This document shows positions 59,301 to 62,620 of a stretch of DNA of 64,000 bases, one piece after another. Under the pieces are notes generated by a model. The model saw only the letters and a program-made list of their open reading frames with translations, was not told where the DNA came from and searched no databases. This DNA is from Parachlamydiales bacterium (GTDB taxonomy: Bacteria; Chlamydiota; Chlamydiia; Chlamydiales; Rhabdochlamydiaceae). The translations under genes and the position numbers were made by a program. The stretch covers positions 1,888,001-1,952,000 of the forward strand of contig OY970065.1 in assembly GCA_963705295.1 (NCBI GenBank), in the 5' to 3' direction. Numbering within the stretch: the stretch's first letter is position 1; each line of letters begins with the position of its first letter.

Positions 59301-60096
59301 TTCTCGCTTTTTCCAAGGGCTTGAGAACGAAAACTCCCACCCCTTCACTTCGAACATATCCATTAGCTTTCCGATCAAATGTCTTACATTTTCCGTCGAG
59401 TGCTAACATTCCTGATTTGCTATGAGAAATAAACATTGTGGGAGCTAGCAAAGCATTCACCCCTCCGACAATGGCCAATTCACAATCTCCATGATTGATA
59501 TCCCGGATAGCGTGATGTAGAGCAACTAATGAACTCGAACAGGCCGTATCTATAGCTTCACTGGGTCCATGGAAATTTAATAAGAAAGAAACACGGTTTG
59601 CTAAAATAGAATGGACTGTTCCAGTGGAAATAAATGAAGTAATTTCCTCATCTTTTGCTCGCATGAGTTCAGAATAATCATTTTTCGACACACCGACATA
59701 TACACCCACTTTTTTCCCTGATAAATTCTGAGTGCTATATCCAGAATCTTCAATTGCATGCCAGACCTCTTCTAAAAAGATCCGATGTTGCGGGTCAATA
59801 TATGCAGCTTCTTTAGGAGAAAGATTAAAAAATAATGGATCAAACTTATCGATATTTTGAATAAAACCACCCCATTTGATGTTGGTTTTATTCGATTGGC
59901 TCTGAGGATCGCCTTCAAATTCTTTCCAATCCCAACGATCTGAAGGCACTTCTGAAACACTATTAGTCCCATGAATAAGGTTGTGCCAATATTGTTGATA
60001 ATTCTCTGCACCAGGAAAGCGACACGCCATGCCAATAATGGCTATGTCTTGAGAATCCGCTCTTCTTTTTTCTTTTTTCCGAAAAAATCGTTTCAT
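32323..60096 (-). CDS. Giant trans-AT PKS, ~9,260 aa: KS1-DH-KR-ACP-DH*-ACP / KS2-DH-KR-ACP / KS3-DH-ACP / KS4-DH-KR-ACP / KS5-DH-KR-ACP / KS6-DH-ACP / KS7-KR-ACP-dock
   Basis: Seven DT(A/M)CSSS + HGTGT + NxGHLE KS motifs, each followed by the AT-less flanking region ending LPxYPF. Five KR GGxGGxG motifs and eight ACP GxDS/GINS motifs. The stop overlaps the next start (TAATG). The ORF track start is 60138; ATG 60096 has a GGGGA RBS. Confidence 0.95.
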   Translation of the reverse strand: MKRFFRKKEKRRADSQDIAIIGMACRFPGAENYQQYWHNLIHGTNSVSEVPSDRWDWKEFEGDPQSQSNKTNIKWGGFIQNIDKFDPLFFNLSPKEAAYIDPQHRIFLEEVWHAIEDSGYSTQNLSGKKVGVYVGVSKNDYSELMRAKDEEITSFISTGTVHSILANRVSFLLNFHGPSEAIDTACSSSLVALHHAIRDINHGDCELAIVGGVNALLAPTMFISHSKSGMLALDGKCKTFDRKANGYVRSEGVGVFVLKPLEKARIDGDHIHGVLIGSAINHGGKSNFLTAPNANAQAKVVESAIKQADIHPETITYIEAHGTGTSLGDPIEINGLKKAFSNLNAPLTQYCGLGSVKTNIGHLESASGIAGMIKVLLSMQHKQLPGLLHFEQINPHIELNNSQFYIVTDRKVWSPVILNNKAVPRRAGISAFGMGGVNAHVLLEESPIIKVQNENISGDHLILLSAREGRLQPYAQSLFNYLNDSGKLINIDNCELSNLAYTLQVGRNEYEERVCFIVKSISELKNKLDCFLNQKNQSEYFYNIVKQTVANKDVDIEHIWKHRDWLKLAKAWTSGVIIDWVGLYGKTKLQRLPLPGYPFSKKSCWAENLKRPALQRDLIQSLPSPKESTDQVNLVINEDDFFIREHVVQAHSMMPGAAHLELVLSKSIAVGKRIQFKDVFWLVPIRPKTDLTIQIRSSNEEKNFIIQSEGIVHSQGIFSEPNPVLDSPIHTDLNQILSRCSREISKTELYQSFSSYGLAYGPSLRVIERFYCNENEAFAELRIGDELKNKPGMYTAIIDGAFQTVVGFTIYGIGQTLGQLVPYYAETIDILSPLPSSFYVHVERLKPQKDGMVRFNLSFYDLHGNLMAQIRSFAKRVLQSENLYYHSVWEPQSIVGQLSSQIEWIILFEFDGKVSTSLRQFAPEIKIVSVRVASEFKILSETADTIVICINPKEVSSYEKLLSFLAQHRIPPTHMVHSWNLITEMIALNQKSRVDRFLEDGVYSLLHLSRALISSKLSSQVKLLYLYVQNNNPLNSIVAGFARTLKYENPRFNYLSIGLDNPSNTEIVIKEWMNTKDTVLSEVRYVNQTRLARVIKRCEDKSRSSSLSSLIRNKGVYIITGGAGGLGSFFATYLSRNYQATIILIGRTPVNDSILSLLSQINQEGGQAEYFVADVTDFKELKKVFRSIHKKFKHVHGIIHGAGAIDDSFILRKKHESFAKVIGPKLYGAIHIDDLSKEWPLDFFVLFSSIAALIPNQGQCDYAAANSFLDEFSAYRNKLVSLKERTGITLSINWPLWREGGMSVTVEEETHLFENFGMKALEKELGMQVFEEGLLMARDHSFHQLIAINGDQHKIDRQFGISRLSSKIRTQVPLKEFEENIVKILAKEFNCEESALDRKKYISDFGLDSLISLKLVSVIKDRYKIYVKPTVFFEGSTIEELIQSLLVLYQDQILSDSASIQSSLIDVMDSSQGSDRFEKTFDCSEFYMVDHIVNGKYNVPGACYIEMARQAAMLSGPHKQIKKLMNNYWAKQLSSEGDKFTAYTQLVHEKDKTRYEISSIDTQGNKVIHAIGDVIFETNVQSSLSAERLDLAAIRQRCNTIQYPKEIYRQIISEGLHVGPTFMPMQEIALNKHEALATLVLPKEISDGADEYFLHPSLLTGVFQTALISNRFTCNCDGLHYIPIAIDELEIYQPLTSSCYVYSQVVPTTNDKFLKKFNLIVCNKEGDLLIKLNAFAIKGLKEESLQVSSEIGDDQRHPVATSSSAVAEQYLKEILSKAIQLQPDEMDSYAAFEKYGINSIMVMQLNSLLEEKFGRLSKTLFFEYSNIAELAQYFTTHHSKRLLELVEVSPTHPSEIKPISNIQQDIAIIGLSGRYPKAKNLSEFWDNLQNGLDCITEIPPDRFDYLNYFDGDRESGKIYSKWGGFIDGIDQFDPLFFNISPREAALLDPQERLFLQASWEVLEDAGYTAETIRKKSNKVGVFVGALWQPYVNIGVEETLKGNTVAPSGLLYSIANRVSYFFGFQGPSLVVDTACSSSLTALHMACMSLKQGESHYAIAGGVNLSLHSSKYLFLSQNQFLSTEGHCRSFGAGGDGYVPGEGVGVVLLKPLSAALEDGDRIYGVIKSSAVNHGGRTHGYTVPSPNAQRDLITEAIQQAGINPRTISYMEAHGTGTALGDPIEVTGLSQAFGQHTKDKQFCSIGSVKSNVGHLEAAAGICGLTKVLLQMKHKKLVPSLHSEQKNSNIDFDQTPFYVQGELSDWTSATKRLAAISSFGAGGSNAHMIIEEGPDPFLTSLHKPKPYYLLAISAKNVDSLKERIRDLEHYLLRYPDLPIDAIAYTLNYGRVHFEHRCTFVVPSKEDLLTALQSNQYHISSAPIKKRDSIFEERMERLESEEYRKKCLSLAELYIQGYELDWNHLHRDESRQRISLPTYPFQKESYWIPKATNKIALSGQGLLHPLVGWNASSFKEQCFKTVFNGNEFYLADHIVRGEKILPGVAYIEMARAAGEFSMPGRQVTHVSNLVWLQPLVMKQETMEVAIYLDESTFKIISLGPDGSEIVHCEGELKYGERIQPISQINVEEKIARLNSHMTSDTVYDRFNQAGLSLGQGFRTLAWIKSDERESVGYFRLPEESKADRGKYFLHPGLLDGILQSTEGLHVVTGRETTGRLHVPFSIETVAIYSTLPDEGYVLAAESKPGSGRYHLQVVDNSGSVCMEINGFCVRPLAIELSYYRPSWEDPVSTNKNQRSSIKTVCIFSDDVSFVHAFRSELKESTVIQFRKDEIGDYQRMIQDLQKRGLQPNCFIFGQSEETTPSYIDTTLFEIVRLLQALMREKVSGDVDLMIPYNVKGTRVEPATMLIGLAKSLQYEYPHYYLRVMGVDHSSQIIHELKESREHHVCYQNGQRKVARFTQLAHEESVNTDPFRQNGVYLITGGLGGLGRILAEYLAKTYQARLILTGRSALTPDKQIKSAGGEIIYLQGDVTDQETVEKWVSTAKARFGSLQGIIHSAGIVEDRLLLQKDWKSFKSVILPKVLGAVYLDRATQHENLDCFIMFSSLASCLGNIGQADYASANAFIDHFASWREGEHQQGRRHGKSLAINWPYWLEGGMQMDPLTQQALKAEWGLEGMPTALGIEALKVCLTQKKSAQCLVVYGKRRLFEQTQDPSPDLKNTSTEKNNERVKQELILAVGDILNLPLPRIEVNKNLSDYGFDSITFTRLANRLKQQYGFSVTPALFFEYPTIEAFSVYLSQTYTHPLLSHYSMPKDMPVKEVKGQGNDNAIAIIGLAGKFPGSEDLASFWDHLEAQEDLITEVPTDRFDGGKYEIPKWGGFISDIDKFDAEFFSISPREAELMDPQQRQFLQIVWQAIENSGYTPQQLSKYKTGLFVGVSSHDYGDLLQQEDAIEAYTSTGMMFSILANRVSYLLNLTGPSEAVDTACSSSLVALHRAVRAIQDGDCDAAIVGGVNALLTPTLFRTFAQAGMLSPDGRCKTFDQAANGYVRGEGVGAVVLKPLSQALADGDHIWGVIRGIAVNHGGHVNTLTAPNPTAQAQLIVDAYEQADIHPETVTYIEAHGTGTSLGDPIEINGLKKAFRTLADKKGIKLTNHQCGIGSVKGNIGHLEAAAGIAGLIKVLLMLEYKLIPGQVHFKTQNPYIELEESPFYIVAETQKWISSTVRRAGVSSFGFGGANAHVLLEEGPEYILSTRQTKPYYLLTISAKHPESLKQRIKDLATHLDRHPDLPLEAVAYTLNTGRTHFEYRFALVVSSIEELQAALKTAQPETHQILKKEPIFEELLERILDEISSKQFEQPSYRKKLLVLADFYTKGYEIDWKALHQGQAHQRVSLPTYPFQRERYWVPARRQTASVQLHPLVGSNVSTLHEQCFKTVLTGDEFYLADHVVAGQKVLPGVVYLEMARAAGDLALPEKKVTGFRDVVWAKPLVVDKREVEVNIRLESQEGQVQYAIYTRSEGEEVLHGQGALVYEPTNVLSAWSTLSELEIRPLQQQYKKEEIYSHIAARGLQLGKHLQSLEWVKTDGEEVLAYYSLPSSFTNQEPYDLHPSILDGALQAAIAFLDHQQALPFALGSLRFHTLPESEGTIHCKRVSSSTPRLSIQIRDKQGNVNVELENLEARSGGKVDPETIFQTAIAEGDHVLEKIRQDLILIAAGVLKLSTKTIDVLKNLSSYGFDSISFTQLANRLKQRYGFPVTPALFFEYPTIEAFAVYLSKTYSNPLLSHYSMPKELPTQRFMPVKEQGKENAIAIIGLAGKFPGSEDLASFWDHLKAQEDLINEIPSDRFDGGKYEIPKWGGFISDIDKFDAEFFSISPREAELMDPQQRLFLQVVWQAIENAGYTPQQLSEHKTGLFVGVSAQDYFELLCETDNVEAHTTTGFAHSILANRVSYLLNLTGPSEAVDTACSSSLVALHRAVRAIQDGDCDAAIVGGVNALLTPTLFRTFAQAGMLSPDGRCKTFDQAANGYVRGEGVGAVVLKPLSQALADGDHIWGVIRGIAVNHGGHVNTLTAPNPTAQAQLIVDAYEQADIHPETVTYIEAHGTGTSLGDPIEINGLKKAFRTLADKKGIKLTNHQCGIGSVKGNIGHLEAAAGIAGLIKVLLMLEYKLIPGQVHFETQNPYIELEESPFYIVAETQKWISSTVRRAGVSSFGFGGANAHVLLEEGPEYTVSTRQTKPYYLLTISAKHPESLKQRIKDLATHLDRHPDLPLEAIAYTLNTGRTHFEYRFACVASSIQELQAGLNNAQPEAGLESDSNRKKLWALADLYLQGHEIDWKTLHQGEAHQRVSLPTYPFLKERYWVSSRRQTASVKLHPLIGSNVSTLDEQCFKTVLTGGEFYLTDHIVAGQKVLPGVVYLEMARAAGDLALPEKKVTGFRDVVWAKPLVVDKREVEVNIRLESQEGQVQYVVYTEKGIHGQGSLVYDEPHQLNAWSTVSELEKKLALHLTKEEIYLHFAKIGLNYGKTFQALQWMKTGVDEGLGFYSLPTEKEEYDLHPAILDAALQSSITLDIASQNLLLPFVLEKLKIYRKPESTGYIHVRRNASYVALQILDREGRVCVELENLEAHSVTKGAELAYYTPQWKERRIGEIENTIHSVCVVGRDAAFVSELRKDLPNHPILHLEEKEDFAQFIQSVQKNNIKLSHFILLNESHLDAAAYIDTQVRPITGLLQNLMLANIDEDLHFVVPYESASTRLELGMMLTGLAKSLFRENPHYHMHVVGYSSITQLVDELKYAREFHIRYVRGERLVEHYVKETPPQNPGDLPLRSKRVYLITGGLGGLGLIFAEYLAKTYQARLILTGRSPLTPEKQKQIESLGGEVLYLQGDVTDRKTVEKWISTGKAHFGSLHGIIHCAGITEDRLLLQKNWESFRSVLLPKVWGTIHLDAATAEENLECFVVFSSLASRLGNRGQTDYATGNAFLDAFAHFRAEQVKKGERRGRTISMNWPLWAEGGMGRSETTIQALKALGMEPLPTDLGIKAFTDCLSRSMMAESLIIYGDPSPISSLLEEQETPQPSSLQHDLLPKIIHYLKEKITTLLKFPLERMKEDTPFERYGLDSMMIVNFTRHLEEEMGKLPKTLFFEYQSIKALAEYFMQNHRDVFHQKFGTNRKSNLEFRDMKTKFSNEKPSSEIGLNEAIAVIGMSGRYPQAENTEQLWELLKAGKDCITEIPLERWDPNKADGKSYGKWGGFIADHDKFDPLFFNISPHEAETTDPQERLFLQVTWQALEDAGYTPERLSRENDSAVGVFVGVMYGSYQLYGAEVNPSYASIANRVSYYLNLQGPSLAVDTMCSSSLTALHLACKSLQRGECRVALAGGVNISSHPNKYLFLSQGQFLSSDGKCRSFGEGGDGYVPGEGVGAVLLKPLSQALNDGDRIYGVIRGSSVNHGGFSNGYTVPSPNAQAKVIIEAFKDAGVVPESISYLETHGTGTSLGDPIEIRGLSKAFGNGVPFQSCPIGSIKSNVGHLESAAGIVALTKVLLQLKHKQLVPSIHSETLNPYIEFSQTPFYVQQEVTQWQHKSGIPRRAGISSFGAGGSNAHLIVEEGPEYILSTRQTKPYYLLTISAKHPESLKQRIKDLAIYLDRHSDLPLEAVAYTLNVGRAHFEYRFALVVSSIEELQAALKTAQPKAEQTEKREPIFEEILERVLEDFSTKQLESVTYRKKLLVLADLYTKGYEIDWKILHQGEGHQQISLPTYPFLKERYWVSTREQMTSVKLHPLIGSNVSTLNEQCFRTVLTGDEFYLADHIIAGQKVLPGVVYLEMARAAGDLAWPGKKVTGFRDIVWAKPLVVDKEVEVHIRLELHEEQILYVVYTKEEIHGQGTLVYDESNDLSAWSNVSELEKELVQHFTKEEIYHDFAKMGLCYGKTFQVLDWGRTAREQVLAHYSLPSGIAETEKYGLHPSIIDGALHASGIDILSGLALPFSLEKVKINRKPDSTGYIHVRRKTSHVDLQILDKDGHVCVELENLEARSNTKVAELAYYTPQWKPAPLKEKERTIHSLCVVGRDSALVSELRKLLPDHRVLHLDEKEDYALFIQSMRKDNIKLSHFILANESDAPAYIDTQIHSLTVLLQSLMEAKVDGDLHFVVPYPYESSKLEPGIMVTGLAKSLAQENPRYRMHVVGYNSFTQLVDELKYAQEFHVRYVGDERQVEHYVKETTPPILGDLPLRPKGVYLITGGLGGLGLIFAEYLAKTYQARLILTGRSALKPEKLKQIESHGGEALYLQGDVTDEETVKKWISAAKAHFGSLHGIIHSAGIVEDRLLFQKDWSSFRSVLLPKVWGTIHLDAATAQENLEFFVVFSSLASCFGNVGQTDYATGNAFLDAFAHFRSEQVKKGKRRGRTLSMNWPLWAEGGMGSNEATEEYLIQQWGLLSLPSEMGIRAFLENLSLHSPQSLVFYGYQDQIARSTFEAPVEEDRVKTGGMNEDLLLEKTVQYLKEKIAGTLKLPIERLQEDVPFERYGLDSVRIVALTRRLEEEMGNLPKTLFFEYQSVRALAGYLVRGHQGKLEDKLKITQLIERDGPAKIRTGLGSVEKRIRDEGIAIIGLSGRYPMANNLDEFWENLKSGKDCVTEIPQDRWDGNAQYDPSKGTSGKSYGKWGGFIADHDKFDPLFFNISPREAEILDPQERLFLEVAWQTLEDAGYTPERLNLGDSQAAKRAVGVFVGVMYGPYQLFGAEENIALSSSFSSIANRVSYYLNLHGPSLAVDTMCSSSLTALHLACMSLRSGECETALAGGVNIASHSNKYLLLSQGRFLSTDGKCRSFGEGGDGYVPGEGVGAVLLKPLDRALEDGDRIYGVIRGSSVNHGGFSNGYTVPNPNAQASLIDTALKQGHILPESISYVETHGTGTTLGDPIEIRGLSKAFGEGIPLQSCSIGSVKSNVGHLESAAGIVALTKVLLQLKYKQLMPSIHCENLNSYIEFDQTPFYVQREMAEWKPKPGYPRRAGISSFGAGGSNAHIIVEEGPAYILSTEPSKPYYLLTLSAKHPDSLKQRIKDLYTYLNKHADDPLGAIAYTLNVGRSHFHYRCALVVSSKEELQNKLEDLLAQKNPPGCFQGNAGQVSEDSIQQLKQIDLRETTKETLEMLANLYVRGCEVDWKTLHLNEPEQRISLPGYPFLKERYWVPAAESRPAAPLHPLIDTNESTFKDQIFKKTFTSADLNLADHIVLGQSILPGTAYLEMAKIAGSIAAGKSVTRLKHVMWIQPIVSDGSSIEVWIQLSPHENQQSADFQIYTKKNSNVIVHVEGQVDYSPARESLESLSVKDIESRSDFLGDKFTIYPKLEALGFAYGPSFQVMSTLYGNEREGLAKLSLPSVCIDDFAAYSLHPSLLDGGLRSSFGIRQSLDQVGQLAIPFYLEELIFYKQIPEESYAYATLSDYSQGEEVRYNDITLVDLLGQVCVKLRGFSVRPFASSNKPILNQTSLEASSIMQNYLKNLLAAAAKLPIERIDIHQPLEVYGIDSVMIVTLNQRLTQDFPDLRKTLLFEYRTLEGLAAYLVQHYPEHLEKLLGKGQIKSSGDNAPSIAIVKSKVQSRSDAVAIIGLSGRYAEANNLVKFWENLKNGRDCVTEIPAHRWNWRSFYSPEKNIPHKSSSKWGSFLADVDKFDPLFFNILPREAVMMDPQERLMLEMVWEAYESGGYDPSSFKRLKKGRVGVFVGMMWNEYQLLQKEYAGQELIFGNSNNASLANRISYHFDFSGPSLVIDTACSSSLMAVHMACESIRQGDCQYALAGGVNLSLHPSKYVNMSQLGLLSTEGKCRSFGDGGDGYVPGEGVGVVLLKPLQQAVADGDQIYGIIRSSHTNHGGKTNGYTVPNPDAHAELIQGALEKGEIPAESISYVEAHGTGTSLGDPIEITGLCKAFGEKIVHQSCSIGSVKSNVGHLEGAAGIVALTKVVLQLKNRQLVPSIHSEILNRNIAFHKTPFYVQQGLTEWKPRLEYPRRAGISSFGAGGSNVHLIVEEGPEYILSTEQNKPYYLLTLSAKHSDSLQQRIEDLLEHLDAHPDLCLETIAYTLNTGRTHFEYRCAFVVKNKADLREKLSQAMKQLKHEFPGYFYGDTSHLPENRVDHQKALGALREVELESLATLYVKGYNLDWDVLHQGEAHQKVNLPTYPFLKERYWLEDKSALKKEDLLLYQPQWVPVDLHEEEGKEIDTLIVFGKEGLSQDALRSLAHRVILVCPGRCYEQIGKDTYTLRVNQASDYQQFLQHLVHQGIPIRHVLHLWNRTEELTWPDVNEKLKTSLEEGLFSCLALFQAFDAVEDRVKGVSCLFAFASHTSNHQPQHEAIAGFASAIKILKPNWRLNMVQMDELELISSQGLKSLVKELKAQVSREIKYWNKQRFIRQLQPFEMPYDREPKTLLKPRGTYLITGGLGGIGLLFAEYLADQYQARLVLMGRSPLDKGRKQFLANLVAKGGEVLYVQGDVSQSEDIVNLLKVSKARFGDLDGILHAAGVVDRVPYTQADQERFSAILAPKLEGTRHLDELTKDHPLDFFVVFSSISAEVGDYGAGSYAVGNRFMDSYMALRQQFVNEGRRHGISLSINWPYWEKGGLRLSEEEAAVYFGYSGMKALTTEQGLQIFTQLLCRAIATSTTQVFVAVGEKSRVERVLGVVSLKPSITPPPAQGDHELVQETERYLKEVISKVTHLPIDRIESKKALEEYGMDSIAIININRELGKDFTSLRKTLLFEYRNLEGLARYLVKEQRTALEKVLYGVSVTSTNPSSDHNDSVPFQEMIESELDLLFEKLTGEKG
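45350..50470 (-). repeat. Tandem duplication of an ACP-KS-flank-DH(N-half) unit (about 48210-50470 and 45350-47540)
   Basis: KS3 and KS4 DNA is near-identical at offset 2934 (offset 2862 in the DH part, after a 72-nt indel). Identical antisense ORFs at 46444 and 49378. Confidence 0.92.
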
Positions 60097-60146
60097 ACAC
60101 TTTGTCCCCAGTCTTTTAATTTCGAGAACCTTTAGCATTTGATATA

Positions 60147-60175
60147 AATTTATACTTTCTTAAATATATTGTCAA
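60147..60175 (-). promoter_or_regulatory. Sigma70-type promoter directly upstream of the giant PKS gene
   Basis: Minus-strand TTGACA (60175-60170)-N17-TAAATT (60152-60147). Confidence 0.6.
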
Positions 60176-60252
60176 AAACTGATCACATTCGCCTGCGAAA
60201 AGAGCCTTTTGGGTGTGTTTTGTATCAAAAAGATTTTTATTTGATCAAAGAT

Positions 60253-60277
60253 TTATTAGCCCGAGGGGTCAAAAGGT
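60253..60277 (+). repeat. 25-nt repeat copy A, overlapping the TEII stop
   Basis: TTATTAGCCCGAGGGGTCAAAAGGT; 24/25 identical to 61517-61541. Confidence 0.8.
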
Positions 60278-61012
60278 GACAAGATGCTGTGGTATGATTT
60301 TCTGACACAATTCTTGTGACAATTTCTGAAGATAAAAATGATCACCAGGGAAAAGCTGCAGCGTAAAAGAGGCTTTCGTGTATTTCTCCCAAGCCTGCAA
60401 ATTTTTTAAACCGACAAGATAATCTTCATTCCCGCCGAAAACCACAATCGGTGCATTTACAGAAAAAGGAGCTCGATTGAGATATGTTTCAAAAAGAGTA
60501 AAGTCGGCCCTTAAACGCGGGAGAAAAACATCCATAGCTTCTATGTCTTGAAGTAGCTGTTCTGGCATCCCACCATATTTTCTCAAATGGTGAATAAATC
60601 GATCGTTTGGTAATTGATGGAACATCTGTCTGGTATCTATATTATCAGGAGCAGAAGCAGCTGAAATAAATAATCTTAGGAGTGAAATTTTATTCTCACA
60701 TTCAACCTTTTTTGCAAGTTCATAAGCGATAAGACCTCCTAGACTATGTCCAAAAAAAGCAAAAGGGCAATCTAGGACACCTGAAATATGGAACCACATC
60801 TTATCAATGAGCTCGTCCATATTCGTAATAAAAGGCTCCATAAAACGGTTCTCCCGCCCAGGCAGCTGAACAGGACATACTTCTATATGGCTGGGGAAAA
60901 AAGATTGCCAATTCCGAAAACTAGACGCCCCTCCTCCCGCGTGAGAAAAGCAAAATAAACGGAGTTTGACTGGGGAAGTAAAAGTATTATAAGGGAACCA
61001 AGCTGTTGTCAT
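60269..61012 (-). CDS. Type II (editing) thioesterase
   Basis: LFCFSHAGGGAS, VQLPGRENR, GHSLG, LRADF and PGDHFY. An ATGA overlap with the PPTase stop supports start 61012. Confidence 0.92.
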   Translation of the reverse strand: MTTAWFPYNTFTSPVKLRLFCFSHAGGGASSFRNWQSFFPSHIEVCPVQLPGRENRFMEPFITNMDELIDKMWFHISGVLDCPFAFFGHSLGGLIAYELAKKVECENKISLLRLFISAASAPDNIDTRQMFHQLPNDRFIHHLRKYGGMPEQLLQDIEAMDVFLPRLRADFTLFETYLNRAPFSVNAPIVVFGGNEDYLVGLKNLQAWEKYTKASFTLQLFPGDHFYLQKLSQELCQKIIPQHLVTF

Positions 61013-61776
61013 ACGAATTTCTGCTGGATTTGTAAAACATCCAAATCTATTTTCGTTTTTTTTGGATAAACAATAGAACAAATTGCATTGTTGATTTCAA
61101 ATGAAATAGCCTGATATTGAAAAAAATTCTTGAAGTAAATGAATGTAAATTCACGCTGAGGGATTATTTCATTTATTTCTAGTAAATCCAAAGGAATTGT
61201 AAAACCGCATTTTAAAACTTTAGACAATGCTTCTTTTGCAGTCCAAAGCAGAGTTAAAAACTTTATTTCGCTGTGAGAAAATAAAGAAGCAAATTTCAGT
61301 TCAGTGGCTGTTATTTCTTCTTTGATTGCAGTAAGATTCTCTGCGCAAATGGTCTCTACATCAATTGCCATTGGATGGGCTTCAGGAAAAACCAAAGCTG
61401 CGCCTAATTTATCTGTATGGCTGATACTGACTTGGATGTTATTGCAGCTATCATGGTAAACAATGGGTTGCTGGAAAACACCACCTTCAATGAGGATATT
61501 GGAAAGCATATCGTTGTTATTAACCCGAGGGGTCAAAAGGTAAGTTGCAATTGCCTGTTTTGCACAATAACGTCCTAACAAGTAGCTTTCTTGCCTTTTG
61601 GCATGAGTGAGATTCGCTAAGAATTTTTTTTCTTTTGGATGCAAGAAAAGATCGATCCTTGCATGTAATTCATCAAAATTAGCCCTACTCAGACAAAACC
61701 CTCCCTTCCACAACGCCTCTTCATGTTGCAAATTGATGGGCATTCTGTAAGTCGATATCAGAGAATCATTGTCCAT
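61009..61776 (-). CDS. 4'-phosphopantetheinyl transferase
   Basis: SYLLGRYCAKQA, VSISHT, MAIDVE and LWTAKEALSK motifs. Confidence 0.9.
   Translation of the reverse strand: MDNDSLISTYRMPINLQHEEALWKGGFCLSRANFDELHARIDLFLHPKEKKFLANLTHAKRQESYLLGRYCAKQAIATYLLTPRVNNNDMLSNILIEGGVFQQPIVYHDSCNNIQVSISHTDKLGAALVFPEAHPMAIDVETICAENLTAIKEEITATELKFASLFSHSEIKFLTLLWTAKEALSKVLKCGFTIPLDLLEINEIIPQREFTFIYFKNFFQYQAISFEINNAICSIVYPKKTKIDLDVLQIQQKFV
61517..61541 (+). repeat. 25-nt repeat copy B, inside the PPTase CDS
   Basis: TTATTAACCCGAGGGGTCAAAAGGT. Confidence 0.8.
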
Positions 61777-62614
61777 TTTTGATGCGGTTCAATAAACCAG
61801 TGAGGACAACGCCAGGTCCTAGTTCTTCAAATTCGGTTTCTTTTTGATCCATGAGAAAATGAATGGTTTCCACCCAACGGACAGGATTCACCATTTGTTG
61901 TGCAAGATTTTGACGAATATTTCCCATTTGATACGGTCTAGCAGTCGTATTTGCAATCACAGATATGCTAGGTGAAGAAAAATGAAAATCTTTCAGAAAA
62001 ATTTCAAATTCTTCTTGAGCAGAATGCATGTAAGGAGAGTGGAAGGCTCCACTTGTCCTTAATGGGACTACTAATAAAGCTCCCGCTTGCTCTAAAATTA
62101 TTTGAGCCTTTCCGATATCTCCTGATTTTCCCGAAATAACAATTTGCAAGTTTGTATTATAATTTGCTATGGCGACATCCAGCAAAGTGTGTTGCCTTAG
62201 AGCAGCTCTTATGGCTTCCTCTTTAAGTCCCACAATAGCTGCCATACCCCCCTCAACAGCTTGCCCCATTAATTCTCCTCGCTTTTTAACCAACCTTAAT
62301 CCAGTTTCAAAATCGAAAATACCCGCGGCCAGCAACGCATTGTATTCCCCTAAACTGTGCCCTGCTACAAAAGAAGGCATTTTTCCGCTTTCTGCAATTT
62401 TTTTATAATACGACAACGCATTCACTACATACAATGCAGGTTGCGTATATTGAGTTTGGTTCAGACGCTGCTCGGGATCTTCTATGCAAAGAGTTTCTAC
62501 TGAATACCCTAAAATGGCCTTTGCTTTTGCCATGATGTCAGGAAACTGGGGAAACAACTCTTTTCCCATACCTTTTATTTGTGAACCTTGTCCTGGAAAG
62601 AGATAAGTTGGCAT
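61766..62614 (-). CDS. Standalone trans-acting malonyl-CoA:ACP acyltransferase (PksC/FabD-like)
   Basis: YLFPGQGSQ, TQYTQPALY, GHSLGEY, GAFHS (malonyl-type), PVRW and ELGPG. AGAGG RBS before ATG 62614. Confidence 0.93.
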   Translation of the reverse strand: MPTYLFPGQGSQIKGMGKELFPQFPDIMAKAKAILGYSVETLCIEDPEQRLNQTQYTQPALYVVNALSYYKKIAESGKMPSFVAGHSLGEYNALLAAGIFDFETGLRLVKKRGELMGQAVEGGMAAIVGLKEEAIRAALRQHTLLDVAIANYNTNLQIVISGKSGDIGKAQIILEQAGALLVVPLRTSGAFHSPYMHSAQEEFEIFLKDFHFSSPSISVIANTTARPYQMGNIRQNLAQQMVNPVRWVETIHFLMDQKETEFEELGPGVVLTGLLNRIKNGQ

Positions 62615-62620
62615 AAAAAA

